This document shows, one piece after another, positions 8,571 through 17,196 of a DNA stretch of 64,000 nucleotides (the stretch's first letter is position 1; the number at the start of each line of letters is the position of its first letter). Under the pieces are notes generated by a model, which was not told the origin of the DNA, did not search any database, and saw only the letters and a list, made by a program, of their open reading frames with translations. The position numbers were made by a program, and so were the translations under genes. The DNA is from Chloroflexota bacterium (GTDB lineage Bacteria > Chloroflexota > Anaerolineae > UBA4142), in the NCBI GenBank assembly GCA_016208315.1, contig JACQYF010000016.1, forward strand, positions 648-64,647, given 5' to 3'.

Positions 8571-9776
8571 TTACAATCCGGCGGCGCGCCGTAGATCTTG
8601 CGCCTTTGCCACGCTTTCCCACGTTGCGCCTTCCGCTTCCGTGCGACCAAAATGCCCGTAGGCGGAAAAGGGTTTGTAGATCGGTCGGCGCAAGTTCAGC
8701 TCTGCGACCATGCTGGCGGGGCGAAAATCAAACACCTGCTTGACCGCATCCAAAAGTGTGTCGCGCGCCACGGCTTGCGTATCGAACGTCTCAACATCCA
8801 ATCCAATCGGCTGCGCTTGCCCGATGGCGTAGGCAACGCGAACTTGGCAGCGTTCGGCCAAGCCCGCGGCGACGATGTTTTTGGCGACGTAACGCGCGTA
8901 ATAATTCGCCGAGCGATCCACCTTCGTCGGGTCTTTGCCCGAGAACGCGCCGCCGCCGTGCGGGGCCATGCCGCCGTATGAATCCACGATGATCTTGCGA
9001 CCGGTCAATCCGGAATCGCCGCGCGGTCCGCCGATTTCAAAAACGCCCGTCCCATTCACGATGAATTGAGTGTTCCAATCGAACCCATTCAAATATTGAC
9101 CGGGAAGTACCTTTGCCGCGACCGCGTCCCGCAGCGCGTCTTTCAACTTGCCCTGCTTGTCGTTCCACACCGGCGCGTGCTGAGTCGCAATCACAACCTT
9201 GGTCATTTGCGTCGGGCAACCCTGCTTGTATCGAAAAGTGACCTGGCTCTTGCCGTCCGGTCGCAAATCGGGCACCGCGCCGGAGCGGCGCACCGCTGCC
9301 AGCTCGCGCACCAACTTTTGCGCGTACGTGATCGGCGCGGGCATCAGCTCTTCCGTCTCGCGACACGCATAGCCAAACATCATGCCCTGATCCCCCGCGC
9401 CCTGCTCTTTGCCCGTCACGCCTTGCGCGATATTGACCGATTGCCCTTTCAAGTTGCACGAGACGATGCAGTGCTCGCCGTCAAAGCCGACCTCGGCGTC
9501 CGTGTAGCCGATGCGGCGCGCTTGCTCGCGCACGAGCGCGGTATAGTTCACGTCTTCGACTTTGAAATGCGCGCCTTCTGGGATGCCGATCTCGCCGCCC
9601 ACGACCGCCATGAATGCGCTGGGCAGAAAAGTCTCCGCGGCCACGCGCGTGTAAGGATGCCGCGACAAAAATTCATCCACGATGGCGTCGCTGATGGCAT
9701 CCGCGACCTTGTCGGGATGCCCTTCCGTCACGCTCTCCGCCGTCCAGAAAACATCGGCGCCGTTTTGTCTGCTCAT
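8571..9776 (-). CDS. metK: S-adenosylmethionine synthetase
   Basis: Full-length 401 aa with hallmark motifs GHPDKVADAISDAIVDE, GAGDQGMMFGYA and GGGAFSGKDPTKVDRS. Confidence 0.97.
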   Translation of the reverse strand: MSRQNGADVFWTAESVTEGHPDKVADAISDAIVDEFLSRHPYTRVAAETFLPSAFMAVVGGEIGIPEGAHFKVEDVNYTALVREQARRIGYTDAEVGFDGEHCIVSCNLKGQSVNIAQGVTGKEQGAGDQGMMFGYACRETEELMPAPITYAQKLVRELAAVRRSGAVPDLRPDGKSQVTFRYKQGCPTQMTKVVIATQHAPVWNDKQGKLKDALRDAVAAKVLPGQYLNGFDWNTQFIVNGTGVFEIGGPRGDSGLTGRKIIVDSYGGMAPHGGGAFSGKDPTKVDRSANYYARYVAKNIVAAGLAERCQVRVAYAIGQAQPIGLDVETFDTQAVARDTLLDAVKQVFDFRPASMVAELNLRRPIYKPFSAYGHFGRTEAEGATWESVAKAQDLRRAAGL

Positions 9777-9809
9777 ACGAATCCGCCTCTCGCCTATTCA
9801 GCTACTCTC

Positions 9810-9838
9810 AATATATCATGGGGACATACGATTGTCAA
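9810..9838 (-). promoter_or_regulatory. Sigma-70-type promoter for metK
   Basis: Minus strand reads TTGACA-17 nt-TATATT. This leaves a leader of about 27 nt containing GAGAGG before the ATG. Confidence 0.55.
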
Positions 9839-9853
9839 AAAAACCCAACGTCA

Positions 9854-11107
9854 TTACCGAATTGCCTGATTGCCGGGTTGCCTGATTGCCCTCCGTATCG
9901 CCTCTTCTTCCGGTGGATGGACGTTGCGAAAAGTCGCGTAAATCAATCCATCGTACAACATTTTGAGTGCGCCTGAAACAAAGAATGGCAGTCCGACCGA
10001 TGCCGCGCTGACCGCGAGACCGGCAAACACCGGCGAGATCGCGCTCGCCGCGCTGCGCGCGACGTTCGTGATGCCGGCGGTCGCGGTCCGTTCTTCGGGA
10101 TCAACCACCGCCATCGTGTACGATTGCCGCGTCGGAACGTCCATTTGCGAGATACTCATGCGCGCAAGCCAAAAGCCCACCGCGAGCCACCACGTCGGCG
10201 CGAGCGGCACGAGCATGAGCAGAACGTTCGACGGCAGGTGCGTAAACACCATCGTGTTCAAAAGTCCGATTCGCTGCGAGAGCCAGCCGGCGGCTAACAA
10301 CGACAGACCGGAAAGCACGCCGACCCAGAAAAAGATCACGCCCAATACCTCGGGCGACAAGCCCCAGCGCAGATGGAACCAATACGACACGAACGATTGG
10401 ACGACAAACCCGCCTGCGAACGCGTCAATGCCAAAGAGCAGCGACAGCTTGGCGACCGTCCCGCGCGAGCGCCGGATGCCAACGTATTTCGCTTTCCCTT
10501 CGATCTTGACCAATTCGACCTTGTCGGTCAGACTGAGAAACAGAATCAGGTTCGCGAGTCCAAAGCACGCGTACAGAACAAACAGTGGGCGATAGACATC
10601 CGCGCCGGCGAGACCCCACGCGGCGAAGAGTCCAACGCTCGCGGCAAACAGCGAACCCGCCGCGCCCGCGAAATTACCGAGCATGTTATAGATCGAAAAG
10701 AGCCAGGTGCGCCGTTCGTCGGGCGCGGTCTGCGGCAGCACCGCTTGCTCCACCGTGATGAACGAGCCGACCTCGGCGCTGGTCGCGCTGATCGTCCCGG
10801 TGAACGTGCCGAGCAAGAGCAGCCAAAAGTTGTTCGTCAGCGCAAAGAGCAAGCCGCCGAGCGCCATCAACGCGGCCATCGTCGCGACGGTTCGGCGGCG
10901 ACCGTAGCGGTCGGCGTAAAACGACCAAAAGACCGTCATGATGGCCGACCCCGCCATCGCGGCGGAAAAGATCACGCCGATCTCGACCGCGTTCAGCCCC
11001 AGTTTTTCGAGATACAGACCGAGGACGACTGCGACGTAGCCGTACCCAAACGTTCGCAACATGCGCGTGACGAGGAGTTTCTTGCCGTCGGCGTTGAGCC
11101 AGCTCAT
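9854..11107 (-). CDS. MFS transporter
   Basis: 417 aa with about 12 hydrophobic segments and the MFS loop motif DRYGRRR. Confidence 0.85.
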   Translation of the reverse strand: MSWLNADGKKLLVTRMLRTFGYGYVAVVLGLYLEKLGLNAVEIGVIFSAAMAGSAIMTVFWSFYADRYGRRRTVATMAALMALGGLLFALTNNFWLLLLGTFTGTISATSAEVGSFITVEQAVLPQTAPDERRTWLFSIYNMLGNFAGAAGSLFAASVGLFAAWGLAGADVYRPLFVLYACFGLANLILFLSLTDKVELVKIEGKAKYVGIRRSRGTVAKLSLLFGIDAFAGGFVVQSFVSYWFHLRWGLSPEVLGVIFFWVGVLSGLSLLAAGWLSQRIGLLNTMVFTHLPSNVLLMLVPLAPTWWLAVGFWLARMSISQMDVPTRQSYTMAVVDPEERTATAGITNVARSAASAISPVFAGLAVSAASVGLPFFVSGALKMLYDGLIYATFRNVHPPEEEAIRRAIRQPGNQAIR

Positions 11108-11114
11108 CTGTCTC

Positions 11115-12152
11115 CTATCGCGTGAGCGTTACTTTGTGTAGCCCACGCGGCGCTTGTGTATCGTAACCTTTGGCGCGCGTGAGGTGATAGGCGTAAAGCT
11201 GCGCGGGGATGATTGTGACGAGCGGGGTCAACCATTCCGGCACATCGCCGGGCAGTTTGAGCGCGGATGGCGCGAGCGCGAGGGCGCCGTCGTCGTCCGA
11301 GATGACGAGCAGGTCGGCTTGGTATTCGTCGCGGAAACGGTGGAGGAGGGTCAGGAGATCGTTCAAGGCCGCGCCGCGCGGCGCGATCACAAACACGGGG
11401 AAGCCGCGCTCGACGATCGCGATAGGCCCGTGCAGAAAATCCGCCGCGGAGTACGGGTCGGCAAAGACGTACGCCAACTCTTTGAGTTTCAGCGCCCACT
11501 CTTGCGCCGAGGCATAATCGTAGCCGCGTCCCAACACCACGCAGCGCGTGAGCGCGCGATGCTGCGCCGCGATCTGTTGCGCCCGCTCTTCGAGCGTCAA
11601 CGCCTGCCGGACTGCGCCCGGAACTCGCGCCAGCGCGCCAAGATATTCGCTTGCATCGGACAGCGCGGCTGACAGCGCCGCGACCGCCATCAATTCCGCG
11701 GTGTACGTTTTCGTCGCGGCGACCGCTGTTTCCGCGCCGGCGCGAATGTCCACCGTTAGCTCGGCGGTTTGCGCGAGAGGCGACGCGGGCGCGTTCGTGA
11801 TCGCCAGAGTCAGCGCGCCTTGCCGCCGTCCTTCGGCGAGCACGCTCACCACGTCCGGCGATTCACCGGATTGCGAGATGCCGACGACGAGCGCCTTTTG
11901 CAGACGCGGCGAGCCGCTGTAGAGCGTAAAGAGCGAAGGCGCGGCGAGCGCGACCGGCAGGCGATTCAGCGAACCCCACAAATATTGCGCGTATATCCCG
12001 GCATGATCCGAAGTGCCGCGCGCCGCGAGAAACACATACTCGACATCGCGCGCGCGAATGATTTCGGCGACGCGCTGCGCGTGCGGCAGTTGCGTGTCCA
12101 GCCAACGCTGCAGCACATCCGGCTGCTCGAAAATCTCGTCTCTCAGTCCCAT
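11115..12152 (-). CDS. SIS-domain sugar-phosphate isomerase/aminotransferase-like protein (GlmS isomerase-domain type)
   Basis: Two SIS repeats: FLAARGTSDHAG and GISQSGESPDV. Confidence 0.8.
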   Translation of the reverse strand: MGLRDEIFEQPDVLQRWLDTQLPHAQRVAEIIRARDVEYVFLAARGTSDHAGIYAQYLWGSLNRLPVALAAPSLFTLYSGSPRLQKALVVGISQSGESPDVVSVLAEGRRQGALTLAITNAPASPLAQTAELTVDIRAGAETAVAATKTYTAELMAVAALSAALSDASEYLGALARVPGAVRQALTLEERAQQIAAQHRALTRCVVLGRGYDYASAQEWALKLKELAYVFADPYSAADFLHGPIAIVERGFPVFVIAPRGAALNDLLTLLHRFRDEYQADLLVISDDDGALALAPSALKLPGDVPEWLTPLVTIIPAQLYAYHLTRAKGYDTQAPRGLHKVTLTR

Positions 12153-12176
12153 CGGTGACTCACGTCAACAGGGTTT

Positions 12177-12419
12177 ATCCGCGAATCTCGCGAAAGGCCG
12201 CGAAAGGCCGCGAAAGGCCGCGACTCCGCAAAGAGCGCTACGTCGCTAACTACGAACACGCGCTCGTTCGTAGTGAGGCACGCAGCGGGTTTTGCGGAGT
12301 GCCGTCCTTCGCGCGCGGCCGCGACTCCGCAAAGTGCGCTTTCCTCGTTGCCTCGGAACCGCTGACTACAAACACGCATTGGCTTTTATCATTCGCGGAG
12401 ATTCGCGAGATTCGCGGAA
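12177..12419. repeat. Composite MITE-like structured repeat with 18-bp terminal inverted repeats
   Basis: ATCCGCGAATCTCGCGAA (12177-12194) pairs with TTCGCGAGATTCGCGGAA (12402-12419), 17 of 18. Inside are GCGAAAGGCC x3, GCGACTCCGCAAAG-GCGCT x2, the palindrome CTACGAAC..GTTCGTAG and ATTCGCG(G)AG x3. Confidence 0.7.
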
Positions 12420-12433
12420 GAAATAGGCAGTGT

Positions 12434-14761
12434 CTATTCGAACGCTTGAATCTCGACGCCGCGCTCGGCGAGTAACTCTTGGACGCGTGCCAATGCATCG
12501 GAGCGAACCAACGCCAGCGGGCGCTCGCCGGCATCGAAGCGGCTGATGAATTTTTTCAGCTCGGGGTCGGCGAGGAGTTCTGCCCGTGCCTTTTCGTCGC
12601 GAAATTCGATCAGCGTAAGCGTGCCGAGCCGCGCCGCGCCGAAATACTTGCCCCACGCTTTGAGGCGCATCACCAACTTGGGCGGAATGTCGCCGCGATG
12701 GACGCTCTTTAACTGCGCGAGCATCGCGGGTACCGAAAGGTTCTGTTTCGTCGCCGCCGCGACGGTCGCCGGAGTGATCCGCGCGTGCCGCGTGTCCACG
12801 CGCTCCGCGAACGCCTCGACGCCCTGGTACGCGTATACGCTCGGCGCGCGATGCAGCAAGGTGATGTTACCTTCCTCGTCTGCGACGAGACTCGCGGGCG
12901 CGTCGGTTTGGCCGCGGCGCGTGACGACCGGCAGCCAACCCGCTTCACGCAGCGCCTGCGCGACCTCGTGGGCGGATTTGTCCGGCAGCGCGACATGATC
13001 GCCGACGGGCCGGCCCAGTTTGGCCGAAAGCGCGGGATTGGCGAAAAGCTCGTCCAGTGTCTTGCTGTCCTCGGCCTGCAAGAGCGGGACGCCGCGGCGA
13101 AATGTGATGCGCTCGTGCAGCGCCTGCCACTCTTCGAGCGAACGGCGCACATTTTGCGGAAGCGGCGCGTGGGTGATCTGTTCGAGGTGGGCAATGATGC
13201 GAGCGGCGCTCCAATTCGCGCGCTGGCCGCGATAGACCGATTCGCGCGTGAGGCGATAGCTCAGCGCGTGGTCGCCGCCTTCGAATTGGGTAAACTCGTC
13301 GAGCGTCATCAAGACGCTTTCCGCGATCGGCTCCATGGCGACGATTTGGAAATTCGGCTGGACGACCACGCGCCCGCCCTCCTCGGCAATCGTCACCGGC
13401 GCGCCGATGCCGAGCACCCACGCGCCCATGGCAGTGAGCCGGTACGCGCGCGGCGTGTCGCCATCTTTTTCGTCGAATCCCAAATCCACCAGCCCGAGCC
13501 AGTGCAGCGGCCCCGCGATCATGTGCGTAACGATCGCGCCCTCAACCTTGCCCCAGCCCGCGGCCTCATCGCCCACATCGCCAAACGTAATTGAGAAGGG
13601 ATTGTTGGACTGGTAATAAGGCGAGGAATAGGCCGGGCCGTAGCCGTACCAATTCGACCGATTCGCGCGGCGCGGAAAGAGAAACTCATAGTCGCCCAGC
13701 CGAATGTCGTCGAGCAAGTCCGATAGGTTGACCCAGCCGCTCGGCCCGCGGCGTTTGAGATGCTCGACCACTACGCGGCGCGCCGGCTTGAGTTCCTCCG
13801 GCGCGGGCCGGCGGTGATCCTGGCCGTAGGCCGCTTTGGGAATCCGCAACTCATTCCAAGTCGTCGCGTCGAGATACGCTTCGAACGCTTGCTGCACGCG
13901 CTCGGCGGGCGGACGCGACCAAAATGCTTGGCCCTCGTCCGGGAAATAGTTGGACGCCTCAGGCAGGGGAATGCCGTTGTACTTTTCCGGCTGCAACAAG
14001 CCGAGCGCGACGAGCATGCGCCGCACAAAATAGAGATAGAGATTGTTCTTCTCGTCGAGTTTTTTCGTCTCCGCCCAACCCAGTGATTTGGCGATCTCGA
14101 CGAGTTGCTTTTTGTAAACGTAACCTTGCGAGGTCAATTGCAGATTGCCCGCGCGCCGCACGACGCTCCAATAGCGCGACAGGTCACGCTGAAAATTGCG
14201 GCTCGACCCCGGCTCGACGCGTTTGGGTTCCGCGACCGTGGGCGCTTGGGCCGTCGGCGGCGGCGGTAGAAATGGACGAATCTCTTTGGGGATGACGAAA
14301 TACCGTCCCAAGTCCCAGGCAATCGTCGTCTTGCTGGCAAAAGTGCTCTCACGCGACAAGACCAAGCCGAGTTGCAACAGCCGCGCGGCGGCATCTTTAA
14401 ACGTCGGCTTGCCGCTATAGCGCGGGTTCCCTTGCTCGGGTTCGGGTTCGACGATGCCCCATTGGTTTTTGCGGGGCGACGGGTGCGCGAAGAGCATGTT
14501 GTGGAGCAGCATGGATTTGCACGCGCCCACCGCGGCCTCACCGCCCGCGCGTTGAATGAGCGTCAGTATCTCGCGCTCGGCCGGATTCAGCTTGGGGAGC
14601 ACGCGTTCCACATGTTCGCGCTGCGCGATGCGTTTGGCGAGCATATCCGCGATCGTCGGCTTGGTCTGATTCTTGGTATCCAGCCCATGCTCACGCGCAA
14701 TCGCCTTGAGCACGTTTACGTCGTATTGCAGCAACAGGGCATTCAGTTTGTCAGTAGCCAT
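12434..14761 (-). CDS. XPB-associated large protein without a recognisable catalytic motif (third gene of the XPB operon)
   Basis: 775 aa. The C-terminal segment (ARITPATVAAATKQNLSVPAMLAQL...KAWGKYFG) resembles the N-terminal domain of the XPB encoded here. It shares a GPLHWLGLVDL...AYRLTAMGAWV block with the 788-aa neighbour. Confidence 0.7.
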   Translation of the reverse strand: MATDKLNALLLQYDVNVLKAIAREHGLDTKNQTKPTIADMLAKRIAQREHVERVLPKLNPAEREILTLIQRAGGEAAVGACKSMLLHNMLFAHPSPRKNQWGIVEPEPEQGNPRYSGKPTFKDAAARLLQLGLVLSRESTFASKTTIAWDLGRYFVIPKEIRPFLPPPPTAQAPTVAEPKRVEPGSSRNFQRDLSRYWSVVRRAGNLQLTSQGYVYKKQLVEIAKSLGWAETKKLDEKNNLYLYFVRRMLVALGLLQPEKYNGIPLPEASNYFPDEGQAFWSRPPAERVQQAFEAYLDATTWNELRIPKAAYGQDHRRPAPEELKPARRVVVEHLKRRGPSGWVNLSDLLDDIRLGDYEFLFPRRANRSNWYGYGPAYSSPYYQSNNPFSITFGDVGDEAAGWGKVEGAIVTHMIAGPLHWLGLVDLGFDEKDGDTPRAYRLTAMGAWVLGIGAPVTIAEEGGRVVVQPNFQIVAMEPIAESVLMTLDEFTQFEGGDHALSYRLTRESVYRGQRANWSAARIIAHLEQITHAPLPQNVRRSLEEWQALHERITFRRGVPLLQAEDSKTLDELFANPALSAKLGRPVGDHVALPDKSAHEVAQALREAGWLPVVTRRGQTDAPASLVADEEGNITLLHRAPSVYAYQGVEAFAERVDTRHARITPATVAAATKQNLSVPAMLAQLKSVHRGDIPPKLVMRLKAWGKYFGAARLGTLTLIEFRDEKARAELLADPELKKFISRFDAGERPLALVRSDALARVQELLAERGVEIQAFE

Positions 14762-14782
14762 ATGTCAGTAAACGGTAATCAG

Positions 14783-14852
14783 AACTTCCAACTTCCAACT
14801 TCCAACTTCCAACTTCCAACTTCTAACTTCTAACTTCCAACTTCCAACTTCC
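14783..14852. repeat. Heptanucleotide tandem repeat, 10 units (AACTTCC x8, AACTTCT x2)
   Basis: Counted directly. It covers the last 7 codons and the stop (14830-14832) of the SWIM-like gene. It also covers 47 nt of the 68-nt spacer before the next gene. Confidence 0.9.
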
Positions 14853-17196
14853 TCGGCGTATACCCTTTTTTCACAAACTCGTTCATTAGCTCGTCTACGC
14901 CTTCCTCGCGTACGGTGACGAGCCGCGGGGAGAATTGGTGGACGATGTACTGACTCAGCGACGTGCCGGCGAGCAGCTCGCGCAGCGCCATGTCGTCGGC
15001 CAGTTCGAGCACGGCCAAATGCTCGTACAAATGGACGCGTCCGTAATTCGCTTCCAGCGCGGCCATGCGCTCGCGCAGCGCCGAGGGAAGCGGCGCCCCA
15101 ATTTCGTCAAATTTGGGCCCGATCTCGGCCACGGTGACTCCGCTGTCCAACGCGCGCGCGAGCGAATCGTTTGAAACGCGGAAAGTGAGCAACTCGCGCG
15201 TGGGGTCGGCAAAGGCACGGACGAGCGGCATGACGCGCACGGCCTCGGAGGTCGCGCGCAGCCGCACGGTGGAATCGTCCAGCCAGCGAACGGGTTCGCC
15301 GCCTGGCTCTTCCGCCGGTGTGAGTTCCGTAAAGCTGCCGACTTGTCCCTCGGAGACAAGCCACGCGCCGAGCGGTGTGATTTGGAACGCCGCCAAATCT
15401 TTGCCGTCATGCAGCACGTCCACCGCGCCCATCCAACGTAACGGTCCTTCGAACATGGCCGCGAGCACCGGGCGATAGGCCGCGTCCCAGTGCTGGGTAT
15501 TGGACCAATTATAACGGTGGCGCGTTTTCGCCGCCGCAAGAAACCAGATGTGCTCGGACGTGAACGTGTGGAGGAAATCACTGCGGATGTCACGCACGTA
15601 CTCGGCGAACGATTTCCAACTGTACCACGTCAACGGTTCGAGCGGCACAAGCAGCCGCACGACGAATTGCCGCGCCAGCGCGATCTCTTCGGCCAACTCG
15701 AGCGGCGTAAAGCTTTCCATGGCGCTCGAGCGCTGGACGACTAGCGACGCGCGCTCGGCAGCCGTCCGCAATTCGAGCATTGCCACTCCGCCGACGTGCC
15801 ACGCTTCCCACAACACGCGGGCATGGTCCATTGGCGTTTGCGCACGCCAGAGTTGCACGCTTTTCGGATCAACTCTCGCGTGCGCGTCGGTCTGCTTCAA
15901 AATGCCAAGCCCGGTCAGCGTGCTTGCCACCCAGCCGCCCAGATCGCTGGAACTGCCTGCCATTGTTTCCAGAACCTTCAAGGTATCGCTGGCCCAAAGA
16001 CGAATCAGAGGAATGGTCAACACCAGCGCCCCGCCGTAAGCGCGGTTGCGAGAGACCTGTTCGATTTCGTGCGGCTCGAACTCCCAATCGCGAACGTAAG
16101 GCAGCTTGGCGAATCGCTCGTCGCGTTGTTTCGACTGAAGGCGCAGCGGCTCGCGCTCGGCCAGCTCGACGATGGCATCGGCGAGGGGCAACACCGGGGG
16201 CAGCAGGTCGGGTTTTAGTAATCGCTCTATTTTTTCCGGGGGATAGAATTTGGTTTTCGGCGCGAGCAGCGGCAAATCAGCGGACTCGACGAACGGCGAC
16301 CAGTGATAGTGCAGTTCTTGGCTCTCCTGCGTGCAGGGAAACAAAATGCCTGCTGCTTGCAGGCCGCGGACCGCGCGCTCCAGGCGGGCCAGATCGCCGC
16401 CGCCGCGTTTTTTCCACATCTGATCGAGCGACTGCGCCGTGGGTTCGGTGGATAAACCCAAGACCGTGTTTTGGATCCGCAGGAATTGATCTTCTTCCGG
16501 CGAGAACTCGGCGGGTAGGGGCGCTTGCTTCAAGTTTTCGGCAAGCTGCTCGACCAATTTCTCCTTCGGCAGCGCGGCTAAGTCCCAGCCCCGCCGCTGG
16601 GCGATCCCGCGCATCTGTTGCAGCGAAAGACCGCGTAGCCGTTCTTTCATCTCCTCTTCTGGCGGGCGATCCGCGCCGGCGGCCGCCTCAAGTGGCAGGT
16701 TCTCGAGCGCCGCCCGCGCTTCGGGTGGCTGGCTCTGGAGAGTGTGCATGACCGCATCGAATTGCTCTTGGCTCACCCCCATGTCTTTCAAGACCCCGGG
16801 GCTTTGCTGCATGAGGTTGATCGCTTCGCCGATACTGTGCGGCACAAAACTTTCCGGCTCATCTATAAAGGTGTACATCAGCGCGGCGATGTGCTCGCAG
16901 TAGGGATTGGTCGCACGGGCGTGGTTGACGTCGGAGCAGACCGTGCTGAAATCGGCGAGGTCGAGGAGCAGAGGAATTTGGCTCGCACCCTGGCGGACTG
17001 TCCCGCGAATCTTGGAACCGTCGAAGGAGCGCATCGTCACCGCGTCGATCGCTTGCAGCGCGCGGCCTTTTTGCGCGTTGCGGTCGCCGCACATTTCGAT
17101 GACATCGAACTCGTCGAGTGGCGCGTTGACATCAGAGAACAGCTCGTCGGACTCGTCCTCGAAATCGTCATAGTAGCGTTTCTTCTTTTTCGTCAT
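14830..17196 (-). CDS. SWIM-like zinc-finger protein, second gene of the XPB operon
   Basis: 788 aa. The N-terminal region has STVCSDVNHARATNPYCEHIAAL (C-x-D...C-x-H, SWIM-like). The C-terminal half is paralogous to the 775-aa protein. Its ATG overlaps the XPB stop (ATGA). Confidence 0.75.
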   Translation of the reverse strand: MTKKKKRYYDDFEDESDELFSDVNAPLDEFDVIEMCGDRNAQKGRALQAIDAVTMRSFDGSKIRGTVRQGASQIPLLLDLADFSTVCSDVNHARATNPYCEHIAALMYTFIDEPESFVPHSIGEAINLMQQSPGVLKDMGVSQEQFDAVMHTLQSQPPEARAALENLPLEAAAGADRPPEEEMKERLRGLSLQQMRGIAQRRGWDLAALPKEKLVEQLAENLKQAPLPAEFSPEEDQFLRIQNTVLGLSTEPTAQSLDQMWKKRGGGDLARLERAVRGLQAAGILFPCTQESQELHYHWSPFVESADLPLLAPKTKFYPPEKIERLLKPDLLPPVLPLADAIVELAEREPLRLQSKQRDERFAKLPYVRDWEFEPHEIEQVSRNRAYGGALVLTIPLIRLWASDTLKVLETMAGSSSDLGGWVASTLTGLGILKQTDAHARVDPKSVQLWRAQTPMDHARVLWEAWHVGGVAMLELRTAAERASLVVQRSSAMESFTPLELAEEIALARQFVVRLLVPLEPLTWYSWKSFAEYVRDIRSDFLHTFTSEHIWFLAAAKTRHRYNWSNTQHWDAAYRPVLAAMFEGPLRWMGAVDVLHDGKDLAAFQITPLGAWLVSEGQVGSFTELTPAEEPGGEPVRWLDDSTVRLRATSEAVRVMPLVRAFADPTRELLTFRVSNDSLARALDSGVTVAEIGPKFDEIGAPLPSALRERMAALEANYGRVHLYEHLAVLELADDMALRELLAGTSLSQYIVHQFSPRLVTVREEGVDELMNEFVKKGYTPRKLEVGS

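Noticed and set aside
9777-9853. SAM riboswitch upstream of metK
   Set aside because: Only 77 nt separate metK from the upstream gene. A good sigma-70-type promoter within that gap leaves a leader of about 27 nt, which is too short for any SAM riboswitch class.
12155-12656. Small ORFs (78-106 aa) in the 12.15-12.43 kb spacer, and the possibility of a tRNA or ncRNA there
   Set aside because: The region is a mosaic of tandem and inverted repeats. The ORFs are repeat translations. I could draw no cloverleaf or conserved RNA motif.
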